64,000 bases of DNA, from contig OZ245033.1 of NCBI GenBank assembly GCA_965224025.1, positions 4,768,001 through 4,832,000 of the forward strand, read 5' to 3'. Positions within the stretch are counted from its first letter, which is position 1. Every line of letters starts with the position of its first letter. The DNA is from Candidatus Multivorans sp. (GTDB lineage: Bacteria > Acidobacteriota > Thermoanaerobaculia > Multivoradales > Multivoraceae). A program made the translations under genes and the position numbers. Below, one piece after another: positions 28,133 through 37,643 of this stretch. The notes under the pieces were generated by a model, which worked only from the letters and a program-made list of their open reading frames with translations, had not been told where the DNA came from and did not search any database.

Positions 28133-29662
28133 GTGTCCAGCGTTCAGAACTTCACGCTCTACGACGTTCTCGTCCGCAACCAGGCGGCGTTCGGCGACCG
28201 GCTCGCCCTGGTCACCGAGGACGGCGAGGAGCGAAGCTTCGCCGAGCTGCACAGCCGCGTGGACGCGTTGGCCGCGGGCCTCGACGGTTGCGGTCTCGTG
28301 GCTGGCGACCGGCTCGCCGTCCTGGCCCAGAACTCCGCGGCCTACGTGGAGCTCTACTTCGCCTGCGCCCGCCAGGGCATCGTGGTCTACCCGGTCAACT
28401 GGCGGCTGCAGAAGGGCGAGATCGAGCTCCTGATCCGCGAGCGGGCAAAGCCGAGCGCCTTCGTGGTCGGCGCCGACTTCCTGGACTCCGTGCCGGGCGG
28501 ACCCGGCGACGACGCGATCCCCCACTGGTTCCAGTTCGGCGACGACCCGGCATCGGGCTACAGCTCCCTCGACTCGATCTACGGCGACGACGACGCCGAG
28601 GACCTGCCGCGCCCCGAGGTGGCGGCGGACGAACCGTTCGCGGTCATCGCGACCGCGGCCGTCGACGTCATCCCGCGCGGCGCCCTGCTCAGCCACTCGA
28701 ACCTGGTCTGGGCCAACCTGCAGGAGATCGCGTCCCTGGGCCTGGAGCGCTCCGACCGCAACCTGGTCGCCCTGCCGCTCTTTCACATCGCCGCGCTCGG
28801 CCACCTGCTGAGCGTCCTGCACGCCGGCGGCGCGAACGTGATCACGGCAAAGTACGACCCCGCGCAGGCGGTCGAACTGATCGACCGCCACCGGATCACG
28901 ATGATCAGCGATTTTCCTCCGGTGCTCGCCACCCTGCTCGACGCGGCGTCCGCGGCCGGCAGCCGCCTGCCCAGCCTCCGGCACGTGACCGGCCTCGACG
29001 CACCGGCCACGATGGAGCGGCTCCACGAGGAGACCGACGCCACCTTCTGGGCCGGCTTCGGGCAATGCGAGACCAGTGGCTTCGTGACGATCCAGAACGC
29101 CCGCGAACGCCTGGGCTGCGCCGGCAAGGCGGCCGAGCTGTGCTGCGTGCGCCTGCTCGACGACAACGAACGCGAAGTGCCCGCCGGCGAGGACGGCGAG
29201 ATCGTCGTCCGCGGACCGCTGGTGTTCCTCGGTTACGACGGCCAGCCCGACGTCACCGCCCACACCTTCCGGGGCGGCTGGCACCACACCGGCGACATCG
29301 GCCGTTTCGACGAAGATGGCAACCTCTTCTACGTCGCCCGCAAGCCCGAGAAGGAACTGATCAAGCCCGGCGGCGAGAACGTCTATCCGGCCGAGGTCGA
29401 AGCGGCGATCCTCGAACTGGACACCGTCCGCGCCGCCTGCGTGTTCGGTGTCAGCGACGACCGCTGGGGCGAAGCGATCCGCGCCGTTGTCGAAGCGGAT
29501 CCTGAAGCCGGTCTCGACCAGGAAGCCGTACGGGAGCACGTCGGCTCGAGAATCGCCCGGTTCAAGCGTCCGCGCGACGTGATCTTCACCAGCGAACTGC
29601 CCCGCTCGGACAAGGGCGAGGTCGACCGAGCCGCGGTCAAGGAACGCTGGGGAGACACCTAG
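28133..29662 (+). CDS. Long-chain fatty acid/acyl-CoA ligase (AMP-binding)
   Basis: TAAVDVIPRGALLSH variant P-loop, GFGQCET, GWHHTGDIG, KELIKPGGENVYPAEVE. Confidence 0.9.
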   Translation: MSSVQNFTLYDVLVRNQAAFGDRLALVTEDGEERSFAELHSRVDALAAGLDGCGLVAGDRLAVLAQNSAAYVELYFACARQGIVVYPVNWRLQKGEIELLIRERAKPSAFVVGADFLDSVPGGPGDDAIPHWFQFGDDPASGYSSLDSIYGDDDAEDLPRPEVAADEPFAVIATAAVDVIPRGALLSHSNLVWANLQEIASLGLERSDRNLVALPLFHIAALGHLLSVLHAGGANVITAKYDPAQAVELIDRHRITMISDFPPVLATLLDAASAAGSRLPSLRHVTGLDAPATMERLHEETDATFWAGFGQCETSGFVTIQNARERLGCAGKAAELCCVRLLDDNEREVPAGEDGEIVVRGPLVFLGYDGQPDVTAHTFRGGWHHTGDIGRFDEDGNLFYVARKPEKELIKPGGENVYPAEVEAAILELDTVRAACVFGVSDDRWGEAIRAVVEADPEAGLDQEAVREHVGSRIARFKRPRDVIFTSELPRSDKGEVDRAAVKERWGDT

Positions 29663-29668
29663 ACGGTC

Positions 29669-30727
29669 GTGGCGGAATCGCCGCGGCCCGCCACCGACGC
29701 CGGCCTGGAGGTCACAGGGATCGAGAACGCGATCCTCGACCTGCTGGTGCGGGTCGAGGACCGGCATCTGGACGAGATGGGCCTCGACAAGGGGATCATG
29801 AAGCTTGTTTCCGCGGACGAGCAGGAGGCGATCCTCGATCACGTCCTCAATCGCGACGGTGAAGTCCTCGAGCCCGAGATCGAGGCCGGCGGCTCCTGCG
29901 CCAACGTGCTGCGCGCCGCGTCCCTGCTCGGCGTGGAAACGAGTTACAGCTCAGCGGTCGCCAACGACGACACGGGCCGGCTGTTCGAGCACGGTCTCGA
30001 GGCGAGCCGGGTGCGCAACCGCCTGGCCCACATCGACGGCGTGACCGGAACCTCGGTCGTCCTGGTCACGCCCGACGGCGAGCGGACGATGAACACACAC
30101 CTCGGCGTCTGCCGCCAGTACCGCGCCGCTCACGTGCCCGAGGACGACATCCGCCGGTCGCGCATCTTCTTCACCACGGGTTACATCTGGGACACGCCGA
30201 ACCAGATCGACGCGATCGAACACGCGATCGAGGTAGCGCGGGAGGCCGGCGCCAGGCTGGCCATCGACCTGGCCGATCCGTTCGCCGTCGGCCGGTCGAG
30301 AAACCACCTCCTCCGCCACAAGGAACACGGCTTCGACATCCTGTTCGCGAACGCCGAGGAGGCGCGCATGATGACCGGCCTGGAGCCCGAAGCCGCGGCC
30401 CGCGAACTCAGCGAGACGATCGAGGTGGTCGCCATAAAAGACGGCGTCCGCGGGGCCTGGGTGCGGCGGGGGGATGAAGTCCACCACGTCCCCGCCCACC
30501 GGGTCGAGGTGGTCGACACGACGGGCGCCGGCGACTGTTTCGCCGCCGGCTTCCTCCACGGCCTGCTGCGCGAACTGCCGGTCCGCACCTGCTGCGAGAT
30601 CGGTATCGCAATGGCCGCCGATACGATCACGCACCTGGGAGTCAAGCTGTCGCCCGACATCCGGGAACGGCTGACATCAATCGAACACCAGCAGCAACGA
30701 CACCAGCAACGGCAAGCCGCTCAGTGA
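29669..30727 (+). CDS. PfkB family sugar/adenosine kinase
   Basis: ENAILD, AGGSCAN, GERTMNTHLG, FANAEEA, DTTGAGDCFAAGFL. Confidence 0.9.
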   Translation: MAESPRPATDAGLEVTGIENAILDLLVRVEDRHLDEMGLDKGIMKLVSADEQEAILDHVLNRDGEVLEPEIEAGGSCANVLRAASLLGVETSYSSAVANDDTGRLFEHGLEASRVRNRLAHIDGVTGTSVVLVTPDGERTMNTHLGVCRQYRAAHVPEDDIRRSRIFFTTGYIWDTPNQIDAIEHAIEVAREAGARLAIDLADPFAVGRSRNHLLRHKEHGFDILFANAEEARMMTGLEPEAAARELSETIEVVAIKDGVRGAWVRRGDEVHHVPAHRVEVVDTTGAGDCFAAGFLHGLLRELPVRTCCEIGIAMAADTITHLGVKLSPDIRERLTSIEHQQQRHQQRQAAQ

Positions 30728-30741
30728 CAGGAGAAGTGCTC

Positions 30742-32967
30742 ATGAATCGGCACACCGCCCGCATCGAGGATTCGCCCCCAAGACGGGACGGCCCAAAGCG
30801 CCCCAGCCCGCGGTCGACCGTCGCCGCTGCGTTCTGCTGCTTCGCCGCCGCGGCCCTGCTGGCGCCGACCGCCCTGAGCGCCCAGGAGACGACCGCGCTC
30901 AAGCCGCACCACGTGGCGACCCTCCGCGGCGTCGGCACCGTCGAGCTCTCGCCCGACGGCAGCCTCGCCGCATACCTCCTGGCCGTGCCTCGGCGGCCGC
31001 TCGACGAAGACAGCGGCTCGTCCTGGACCGAACTCCACGTCCTCGACATGAGCGAACCCGGCGCCTCGCGCCCGTACATCACCGGCGAAGTGAACGTCGG
31101 CCGCCCGACCTTCCGGGGCAACGACGAGGTCCTCTACACGGCCCGCCGCGCCCCCGACAAGACGTCGGCGCTCTACGGCATCCCCCTCGCCGGCGGCGAG
31201 AGCCGCAAGCTGGTCGAGCACGAGGTCGGCATCGGCTCGTACGTCCTGTCGCCGGACGGCAGCCGGGTCGCCTTCCTGGCTCGCGAGGAAACGAACAAGG
31301 ATCTGAAGAAGCTCCGCGACCAGGGATTCGACCAGGAGATCTACGAAGAAGACCGTCCCCTGACCCGGCTCTGGATCGCGGATGTCCCCGCGCTCGACGC
31401 CGACCGGCACGACGAGGCGTCCAAGCCCGTCCTGGTCGAGGCGGTCGAGGGCTCCGTGCTCTCCGTGGTCTGGAGCCCGACCGGCGACCGCTTCGCCGCG
31501 GTCACCACGCCGACCTCCCTCATCGATGATTCCTTCACCAGCAAGAGCGTCGTGGTCGTCGATGCCCCCGCCGGCGAAGAGCTCTCCGTCGCGGGCGCCT
31601 TCCGCGCCATCGGCAAGCTCGGCTCCGCCCTGTTCAGTCCCGACGGCCAGCGCATCGCCGCGGTCTCGGCAGCCGATGAGAACGACCCCGCGGCGGGCCG
31701 CCTGATCGTGCTCGAGGCCGTTGACGGCGAGCCGAGCGACCTGCTGCCCGACTTCGAGGGGCATGTCGCCTCCTTCGCGTGGGAGGACGAAGAGCACCTG
31801 CTCTACAGCGCGTCCGTCGGCGTCTGGAGCACCTTCGGCCGGGTCTCCGTCTCTGGTCAGGCGACGACGCTGATCGAGCCCGGCGGTCCGATCAGTCTCA
31901 GCTTCAGCCGGGCCAGGGGCGGCGGCGCGCTGGCCCTGGTTTCGGAAGGCCCGGATCACCCGCGCGAGATCTACCGCTACGACCCGGCGGACCCGCAGAC
32001 CGCGCCGGTGCGCATGACGAACTCGAACCCCTGGCTCGACCAGCTCACCCTCGCCCGCCAGGAAGCCATCCGGCACGGCGCGCCGGACGGCCTGGAACTC
32101 GAGGGCCTCCTGATCTACCCGCTCGACTACGAGGACGGAAAGCGCTACCCGCTGATCCTGATCGTCCACGGCGGCCCGGAGAGCCACTACAGCAACGGCT
32201 GGCTGACCAGCTACTCGAACCTGGGGCAGCTCGCCGCCGCGCGCGGCTTCGCCGCCTTCTACCCGAACTACCGGGGCAGCACCGGGCGCGGCGTTACGTT
32301 CTCCAAGCACGGCCAGGCCGCGGCGGCCGGCAAGGAGTTCGAGGATCTGATCACCGCCGTCGACCACCTGATCGAGATCGGCCTCGTGGACCGCGACCGG
32401 GTCGGCATCACCGGCGGTTCCTACGGCGGCTACGCCTCGGCCTGGGGCACGACTTTCTACTCCGACCGCTTCGCGGCCGCCATCCCCTTCGTGGGCATCT
32501 CGAACAACATCTCGAAGATGGGTACCACGGACATCCCGGAAGAGATGCACCTCGTCCACCACCGCAAGCGGCTCTGGGACGACTGGGACTACTTCACGAA
32601 GAGCAGCCCGATCTACTACGTCGAGCGCAACCGCACGCCGACCCTGATCCTGCACGGCAAGGAGGACCCGCGGGTCCATCCCAGCCAGTCGATGGAGTTG
32701 TACCGGCACCTGAAGACCCTCGGCCAGGCCCCGGCGCGGCTCATCTTCTACCCTGGCGAAGGGCACGGCAACCGCCGTTCGGCGGCGCGCTTCGACTACA
32801 TGCTGCGCACGCTGCGGTGGATGGAGCACTATCTGAAGGGTCCCGGCGGCGAACCGCCGCCCCAGGAGATCGACTACGCGGCCTACCTGCCCTGGGCCGA
32901 GAAGGCCGACGAGGGCAGCGACGACGACGAGGACCGGGAAACCGAGTCGACGGGTAGCAGCCAATGA
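30742..32967 (+). CDS. S9 family peptidase (prolyl oligopeptidase/acylaminoacyl peptidase)
   Basis: Beta-propeller followed by VHGGPE, PNYRGSTG, GGSYGG, HGKEDPRV, YPGEGHG. Confidence 0.93.
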   Translation: MNRHTARIEDSPPRRDGPKRPSPRSTVAAAFCCFAAAALLAPTALSAQETTALKPHHVATLRGVGTVELSPDGSLAAYLLAVPRRPLDEDSGSSWTELHVLDMSEPGASRPYITGEVNVGRPTFRGNDEVLYTARRAPDKTSALYGIPLAGGESRKLVEHEVGIGSYVLSPDGSRVAFLAREETNKDLKKLRDQGFDQEIYEEDRPLTRLWIADVPALDADRHDEASKPVLVEAVEGSVLSVVWSPTGDRFAAVTTPTSLIDDSFTSKSVVVVDAPAGEELSVAGAFRAIGKLGSALFSPDGQRIAAVSAADENDPAAGRLIVLEAVDGEPSDLLPDFEGHVASFAWEDEEHLLYSASVGVWSTFGRVSVSGQATTLIEPGGPISLSFSRARGGGALALVSEGPDHPREIYRYDPADPQTAPVRMTNSNPWLDQLTLARQEAIRHGAPDGLELEGLLIYPLDYEDGKRYPLILIVHGGPESHYSNGWLTSYSNLGQLAAARGFAAFYPNYRGSTGRGVTFSKHGQAAAAGKEFEDLITAVDHLIEIGLVDRDRVGITGGSYGGYASAWGTTFYSDRFAAAIPFVGISNNISKMGTTDIPEEMHLVHHRKRLWDDWDYFTKSSPIYYVERNRTPTLILHGKEDPRVHPSQSMELYRHLKTLGQAPARLIFYPGEGHGNRRSAARFDYMLRTLRWMEHYLKGPGGEPPPQEIDYAAYLPWAEKADEGSDDDEDRETESTGSSQ

Positions 32968-33404
32968 CGAGGATCGTCCCCTGGCGGGCGCGCCCTTGGG
33001 CACTCGCCGGATGCCTCCTTCTCGGGGCCGCCGCGTGCGGTCAGGAGAACGCACCCGCCGAAGTACCCGCTCCAGCCCCGATGCCCGAACGGCCGGTCTG
33101 GAAGCCACCTCCCCCGCCGCCGCAGCCGGTCAGTTGCGGCGCCGGCTGCCTCCAGGGCAAGGGCAGCACCGTGGTGCGGTTTCAGATGGCCGGCGGAGAC
33201 CATACCGCCGCGGTTGCCGTCGACGGCAACGAGGGCCTTTTCTCGGTCGGGCCGCCGATCAACATCTCCGAGAGCGTGACGAACTGGTCGGGCGGCAAGA
33301 ACTTCTTCAACAGCGCCGCCGGCGTCTACCGGATCGAGATTCGCGCCACCGGCAACTGGACCCTCAACGTCGTGAAGGGCAGGCAGACCATTGCCGACGA
33401 GTAG
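32964..33404 (+). CDS. Hypothetical lipoprotein
   Basis: LLGAAAC lipobox, Pro-rich linker, small beta domain GVYRIEIRATGNWT. Confidence 0.55.
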   Translation: MTRIVPWRARPWALAGCLLLGAAACGQENAPAEVPAPAPMPERPVWKPPPPPPQPVSCGAGCLQGKGSTVVRFQMAGGDHTAAVAVDGNEGLFSVGPPINISESVTNWSGGKNFFNSAAGVYRIEIRATGNWTLNVVKGRQTIADE

Positions 33405-33425
33405 AGCGACCAAGCTGAGACCTGC

Positions 33426-33917
33426 ATGAGATTGGGCGTGCTTCTGCTGCTGGCCGCGGCCTGGCTGTCCTGGTCGGGGCACTACACGACCAACGAGTGG
33501 CTGATCGCGCTCTTCGGGCTGGCCTCCTGTCTCTTCGTATGGCGACTGTACCGGGCGCTCGACAGGGCGGCGGGCGGCGACTGGGAGTTCTTCAACCCCA
33601 CCGTCTGGCTGCGGCTGCCGCGTTTCCTCATCGCCTTCGTGTCCAAGGTCGCGATGGCGAACTTCCACGTCGTGCGGCTGATCCTGGCCCCTGGCAGCCA
33701 ACTTCACCCGCGGCTCAGGCGCGTTCGCGCCAGCCAGAAAACGTCCTTCGGCCAGGTCCTGTACGCGAACTTCATCACCCTGACCCCGGGCACGATCACG
33801 CTGGACCTGCGGGACGGCGAGCTGCTCGTCTACGCGCTCGACGCGGAGAGTGAGGGCGACGTCGTCGACGGTTCGATGGACCGTGACGTGCTGCGCCTGG
33901 AGGGACGGTCGACGTGA
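33426..33917 (+). CDS. mrpE: Mrp Na+/H+ antiporter subunit E
   Basis: WLSWSGH, AN..V.RLIL, YANFITLTPGTIT. Confidence 0.9.
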   Translation: MRLGVLLLLAAAWLSWSGHYTTNEWLIALFGLASCLFVWRLYRALDRAAGGDWEFFNPTVWLRLPRFLIAFVSKVAMANFHVVRLILAPGSQLHPRLRRVRASQKTSFGQVLYANFITLTPGTITLDLRDGELLVYALDAESEGDVVDGSMDRDVLRLEGRST

Positions 33918-34345
33918 TGTACACGGCGGCAATGACCGCGATCGTGGTGACGATGTTCCTGGCGCTCGCCCGCGCCGCCATCGGCCCCACGGTGTTCGAC
34001 CGCATCCTGGCGGTGAACATGTTCGGCACCAAGACGGTGCTGCTGATCGCGGTCAGCGGCTTCCTGATGGGGCGGCCCGAGTGGCTCGACCTCGCCCTCG
34101 TCTACACCCTGGTCAACTTCACCGGCACGCTCGCGGTGCTGCGCTTCGCGCGTTTCGGAGGGCTGGGACCCCGCGCTTCGGAACGCGGCGCGGCAAGTTC
34201 CGAACCGCGGGGTCACAGCGAGGACGGGATGGGCCGAAACTCCGAGCCCGCGAGGCGTTTCGGGGCGCTCGCCAGCGACGACAGCAGCCTGGCCAGCCAC
34301 GACAGCAGTCTCGCCCGCAACGACCGGACGGCCGACGTCCGATGA
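33917..34345 (+). CDS. mrpF: Mrp antiporter subunit F with low-complexity C-terminal extension
   Basis: GPTVFDRILAVNMFGTK, LDLALVY.LVNF. Confidence 0.9.
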   Translation: MYTAAMTAIVVTMFLALARAAIGPTVFDRILAVNMFGTKTVLLIAVSGFLMGRPEWLDLALVYTLVNFTGTLAVLRFARFGGLGPRASERGAASSEPRGHSEDGMGRNSEPARRFGALASDDSSLASHDSSLARNDRTADVR

Positions 34346-34710
34346 ACGGCGCGCTCGATGTGGTGACCGCGGTCCTGCTGGTAGTCGGCGGGCTGTTCTG
34401 CGTCGCCGGCGGCATCGGCCTGCACCGCTTCTCGGACTTCTACCAGCGGACCCACGCCGCGTCGGTGACGGACACCGCCGGCGCCGGCCTGATGCTCCTG
34501 GCATTGATGTTCCAGGGCGGCGTATCCATGGTCACCGTGAAGCTGCTCCTGGTGCTCGTCTTCCTGTTCTTCACCAGCCCCGCCATCGCGCATGCGCTGG
34601 TCAAGGCGGCGCACGGTCACGGTCTGGCGCTCGAACTCGAGGTGTCCGACGAGGCCGCGGCCAACGCACCGACGCCCGGCGAGTCCGTTGCTGGGGCCAG
34701 CGGAGAGTGA
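34342..34710 (+). CDS. mrpG: Mrp antiporter subunit G
   Basis: IGLHRFSDFYQRTHAAS..DT.G, FTSP..AHAL.KAA. Confidence 0.9.
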   Translation: MNGALDVVTAVLLVVGGLFCVAGGIGLHRFSDFYQRTHAASVTDTAGAGLMLLALMFQGGVSMVTVKLLLVLVFLFFTSPAIAHALVKAAHGHGLALELEVSDEAAANAPTPGESVAGASGE

Positions 34711-35252
34711 CGATGCCGCCGGTCGAACTCCTGCTCATGCTGCTGCTCCTGGCGACCGTCGTCGTCGTGGCCCGGCTCCAGGACCTGTTCGCCGCCGCCA
34801 TGCTGACCGGTATCGCCAGCCTGCTGGCGGCAGGCCTGTTCGTGCTCATGGACGCGGTCGACGTTGCCTTCACCGAGGCCGCCGTGGGCGCCGGTGTCTC
34901 CACCGTGCTCTTCCTCGGCGCGCTGAGCCTCACCTCGCGGCGTGAGAGGCAGGGGCGAACGCGCATCGCGCCGCTGATCATCGTCGTCGCCACCGGAGCG
35001 GTGCTGATCTACGGCACCTGGGACATGCCGGCCTACGGCGATCCCGACGCCGTGATTCACCACTACCTGGCCCCGGACCTGATTGCGGCGACTGAGGAGA
35101 AGATCCACATCCCCAACATCGTCACCGCGATCCTGGCCAGCTTCCGCGGCTACGACACGCTGGGCGAAGTCACCGTGATCTTCACCGCCGGCGTCGGCGT
35201 CGCGCTGCTCCTGGGAGGCCTGAGCCGGCGCACGAAGGAGGAAGAGCCATGA
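34707..35252 (+). CDS. Mrp antiporter subunit B-related (DUF4040) protein
   Basis: AVDVAFTEAAVGAG, PNIVTAILASFRGYDTLGE. Confidence 0.88.
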   Translation: MTMPPVELLLMLLLLATVVVVARLQDLFAAAMLTGIASLLAAGLFVLMDAVDVAFTEAAVGAGVSTVLFLGALSLTSRRERQGRTRIAPLIIVVATGAVLIYGTWDMPAYGDPDAVIHHYLAPDLIAATEEKIHIPNIVTAILASFRGYDTLGEVTVIFTAGVGVALLLGGLSRRTKEEEP

Positions 35253-35752
35253 GGCGGTCACGGGTCCGCGAAATGCCGATCCTCCGGGTCATCGCCCGGG
35301 CGCTGGTGCCGATGATCCTGCTGTTCGGGCTCTACGTGCAGTTCCACGGTGACTTCGGCCCCGGCGGCGGCTTCCAGGCCGGCGTGATCTTCGCCGCCGG
35401 GCTCATCGTCTACGCCCTGATCTTCGGCCTGGAGTCGCTCCAGCAGGTCGTTCCGCCGATCCTGACCGAACGGCTGATGGCGGCGGGCGTGCTGCTCTAC
35501 GGCGCCGTCGGCGTGGTGGCGATGTTCCTGGGCGGCACGTTCCTCGACTACTCGGCTCTCGACCTGCTGACCACCGGCCACCACGGCCAACACCTCGGCA
35601 TCATCGTCATCGAACTCGGAGTCGGCATCGCCGTCGCGGCGACGATGATGCGCGTGTACTACGCATTCGTGAGCCGGCACCTGGGCGGCGACCGGGAGAC
35701 CGGCGAGTCGGCCCTGGGCGCCGGCGCGGATCCAACCGGAGACTCGCCGTGA
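35249..35752 (+). CDS. mrpB: Mrp antiporter subunit B
   Basis: LYVQFHGDFGPGGGFQAG, ELGVGIAV. Confidence 0.9.
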   Translation: MRRSRVREMPILRVIARALVPMILLFGLYVQFHGDFGPGGGFQAGVIFAAGLIVYALIFGLESLQQVVPPILTERLMAAGVLLYGAVGVVAMFLGGTFLDYSALDLLTTGHHGQHLGIIVIELGVGIAVAATMMRVYYAFVSRHLGGDRETGESALGAGADPTGDSP

Positions 35753-36135
35753 CGCTGCCGCAGGCGCTCACCGACCTGTGGGCCTACTGGCTGATCATCG
35801 TGCTGATGATGGTCGGGCTCTACATCGTCATCGCGCGCGACAATCTGGTCAAGAAGGTGATGGGCCTGAACATCTTCCAGGCCGCGGCCATCCTCTTCTA
35901 CGTGTCGATGGCTAAGGTCGAGGGCGGCACGGCGCCGATCGTGCCCCAGGACGCGGGGCACGGCGGCCACGACATCGTCTACTCGAACCCTCTGCCCCAC
36001 GTGTTGATGCTGACCGCGATCGTGGTCGGCGTCGCCACCACCGCCCTGGCCCTGGCCCTGACCGTCCGCATCCACCGCGAGTACGGCACCGTCGAGGAGG
36101 ACGAGGCGGTCGCGTGGGACATGGAACACGGATGA
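35749..36135 (+). CDS. mrpC: Mrp antiporter subunit C
   Basis: NLVKKVMGL, NPLPHVLMLTAIVVG. Confidence 0.92.
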   Translation: MTLPQALTDLWAYWLIIVLMMVGLYIVIARDNLVKKVMGLNIFQAAAILFYVSMAKVEGGTAPIVPQDAGHGGHDIVYSNPLPHVLMLTAIVVGVATTALALALTVRIHREYGTVEEDEAVAWDMEHG

Positions 36136-36145
36136 ACTCGTCGGC

Positions 36146-37630
36146 ATGACGGAGCAGATCGTCGTCCTCGAGGTCGTCCTGCCGCTGCTGGCGGCGCCGG
36201 CGTGCGTGCTGGTGCGCCATCCGCGCGTTACCCGCCTGTTCAGCCTCGGCGTCGTCGCGGCGTGCTTCGCGATCGCGGTGGCGCTCCTCGTCGAGGTCCG
36301 CGGCGGCGGCGTCATCTCCTACCAGCTCGGCGGCTGGCCGCCGCCGCTCGGCATCGAGTACCGGGTCTCGACCGTCAACGCCTACCTGCTCACCCTGGTC
36401 ACGGCGATGGCCCTGGTCGTGCTGAGTTTCGACTCGCGGGGAGGGCCCACGCGGGTGCCGGAATCGCGCCGCCACCTCTACTACGCGGTGTTCCTGCTCT
36501 GCATCTGCGGCCTGCTGGGGATCACGATCACCGGCGACGCCTTCAACATTTTCGTCTTCCTCGAGATCTCGTCCCTGTCGTCCTACATCCTGGTCAGCCT
36601 GGGCGGCCACCGCCGCGCCGTCATGTCGGCCTTCTACTACCTGGTCATGGGCACGATCGGCGGCGTCTTCTTCATGCTCGGCGTCGGCCTGCTCTACCAG
36701 GAAACGGGCACCCTGAACCTGCGCGACATCGCCGAGCGGCTCGATCCGTCGCTGGAGGCCCGCGGCACGGTGCTGGCGCTGGCCTTGCTCGTGGTCGGCA
36801 TCTCGATCAAGCTGGCCGTCTTCCCGCTGCACCACTGGCTGCCGAACGCCTACTCCTTCGCGCCGCCCAAGGTCAGCGCCTTCCTGGCCGCCACGGCCAC
36901 CAAGGTCTCCTTCTACCTGCTGGCCATGATCGTGTTCACGATCTTCGGCGCGCCCTTCGTGTTCGGGGAACTCCATCTGCACGTGGTTCTCCTGCCGCTT
37001 TCGATCCTCGCGATGTTCCTGGCCTCCGGCGCCGCGATCTTCCAGACCGACCTTCGCCGGCTGCTGGCCTATTCGAGCGTCGCCCAGATCGGCTACATGA
37101 CCCTCGGCCTCTCGACCGCGAACGCCACCGGCCTGGCCGGCGGCCTGGTCCACCTGTTCAACCACGCGGTGATGAAGGGCGGCCTGTTCCTGGTCGTCGC
37201 CTGCCTGCTCTACCGGGTCGGCTCCGTCCATCTCGACGCCCTGGCCGGGATCGGGCGGCGCATGCCGCTGACCGGCGCCGCGCTGGTGGTCGGGGGCCTG
37301 AGCCTGATCGGCATCCCGGGCACGGTCGGTTTCGTGAGCAAGTGGTACCTCGTGTCGGGCGTGCTGGAGCGCGGCTGGACGGCGGCGGCGGTGCTCATCC
37401 TGCTGAGTTCGCTCCTGGCGGTGGTCTATGTCGGCCGGGTGGTGGAGGCGCTCTACCTCCGCCGGCCTGCCGAGACCCAGCCCATCGACGAGATCCGGGA
37501 AGCCCCGTTCGCCATGCTGGCGCCGACCTGGATCCTGATCGCGGCGGCCGTGGTCTTCGGCCTGACCACGAAGTGGACCTACGGCGTCGCCGCGGAGGCC
37601 GCCGAACTCCTGCTGGCCGGCGGGATCTAG
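36146..37630 (+). CDS. mrpD: Mrp antiporter subunit D
   Basis: GDAFNIFVFLEI, K.AVFPLHHWLPNAY, LLAYSSVAQIGY, NHAVMKGGLF. Confidence 0.92.
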   Translation: MTEQIVVLEVVLPLLAAPACVLVRHPRVTRLFSLGVVAACFAIAVALLVEVRGGGVISYQLGGWPPPLGIEYRVSTVNAYLLTLVTAMALVVLSFDSRGGPTRVPESRRHLYYAVFLLCICGLLGITITGDAFNIFVFLEISSLSSYILVSLGGHRRAVMSAFYYLVMGTIGGVFFMLGVGLLYQETGTLNLRDIAERLDPSLEARGTVLALALLVVGISIKLAVFPLHHWLPNAYSFAPPKVSAFLAATATKVSFYLLAMIVFTIFGAPFVFGELHLHVVLLPLSILAMFLASGAAIFQTDLRRLLAYSSVAQIGYMTLGLSTANATGLAGGLVHLFNHAVMKGGLFLVVACLLYRVGSVHLDALAGIGRRMPLTGAALVVGGLSLIGIPGTVGFVSKWYLVSGVLERGWTAAAVLILLSSLLAVVYVGRVVEALYLRRPAETQPIDEIREAPFAMLAPTWILIAAAVVFGLTTKWTYGVAAEAAELLLAGGI

Positions 37631-37643
37631 CGGGAGGACCAGG